Shown here piece by piece: positions 63,912-64,000 of a DNA stretch of 64,000 nt (positions are counted from its first letter, which is position 1; every line of letters begins with the position of its first letter). This DNA is from Tubiluchus corallicola (Eukaryota; Animalia; Priapulida). The DNA is taken from NCBI GenBank assembly GCA_030141605.1, contig JAQGDQ010000535.1:1-64000 (forward strand). Direction: 5' to 3'. The position numbers and the translations under genes were made by a program. The notes beneath the pieces were generated by a model that made no database searches, was not told the DNA's origin, and saw nothing but the letters and a program-made list of their open reading frames with translations.

Positions 63912-64000
63912 ATTACATTAAAACGACTTTAGCTAACATTAATTAAAACAAACTGAAGATGAAATTACTTCTAAAAGACAATAATTTACGTTAAGATTAA

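Overview
Animal genomic DNA, probably an invertebrate: AT-rich, repeat-dense introns and degenerate TTAGGG-type repeats. The whole window lies inside a minus-strand cytoplasmic dynein 1 heavy chain gene. I traced 22 consecutive GT-AG exons with consistent phase, totalling 4158 nt (about 1386 codons), from the tail/linker through AAA1 and AAA2 into the AAA3 Walker A. Four other protein-coding genes sit inside its introns. (1) An intronless CASD1-type O-acetyltransferase on the same strand (1..1333, open at the left edge, missed by the ORF track), preceded by a candidate acceptor in frame with the upstream dynein exon. (2-4) In one 18.7-kb intron: a two-exon CD20/MS4A-like four-TM gene and a head-to-head pair of amine-receptor-like GPCRs with an unusual Asp/Glu3.32 + Lys5.42 pocket and no Cys3.25. 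The same intron holds a complete TSD-flanked 5S-headed, RTE-bodied SINE. The other introns contain many MITEs (Kolobok-, piggyBac-, hAT-, Tigger- and Harbinger-like), TSD-flanked retroelements, tRNA SINEs, long (GA)n tracts, and minisatellites that multiply a splice donor or transcription-factor motifs (RFX X-box, CLEAR/E-box, CTCF-like). Family assignments rest on remembered motifs, not database searches, and nothing here shows expression.
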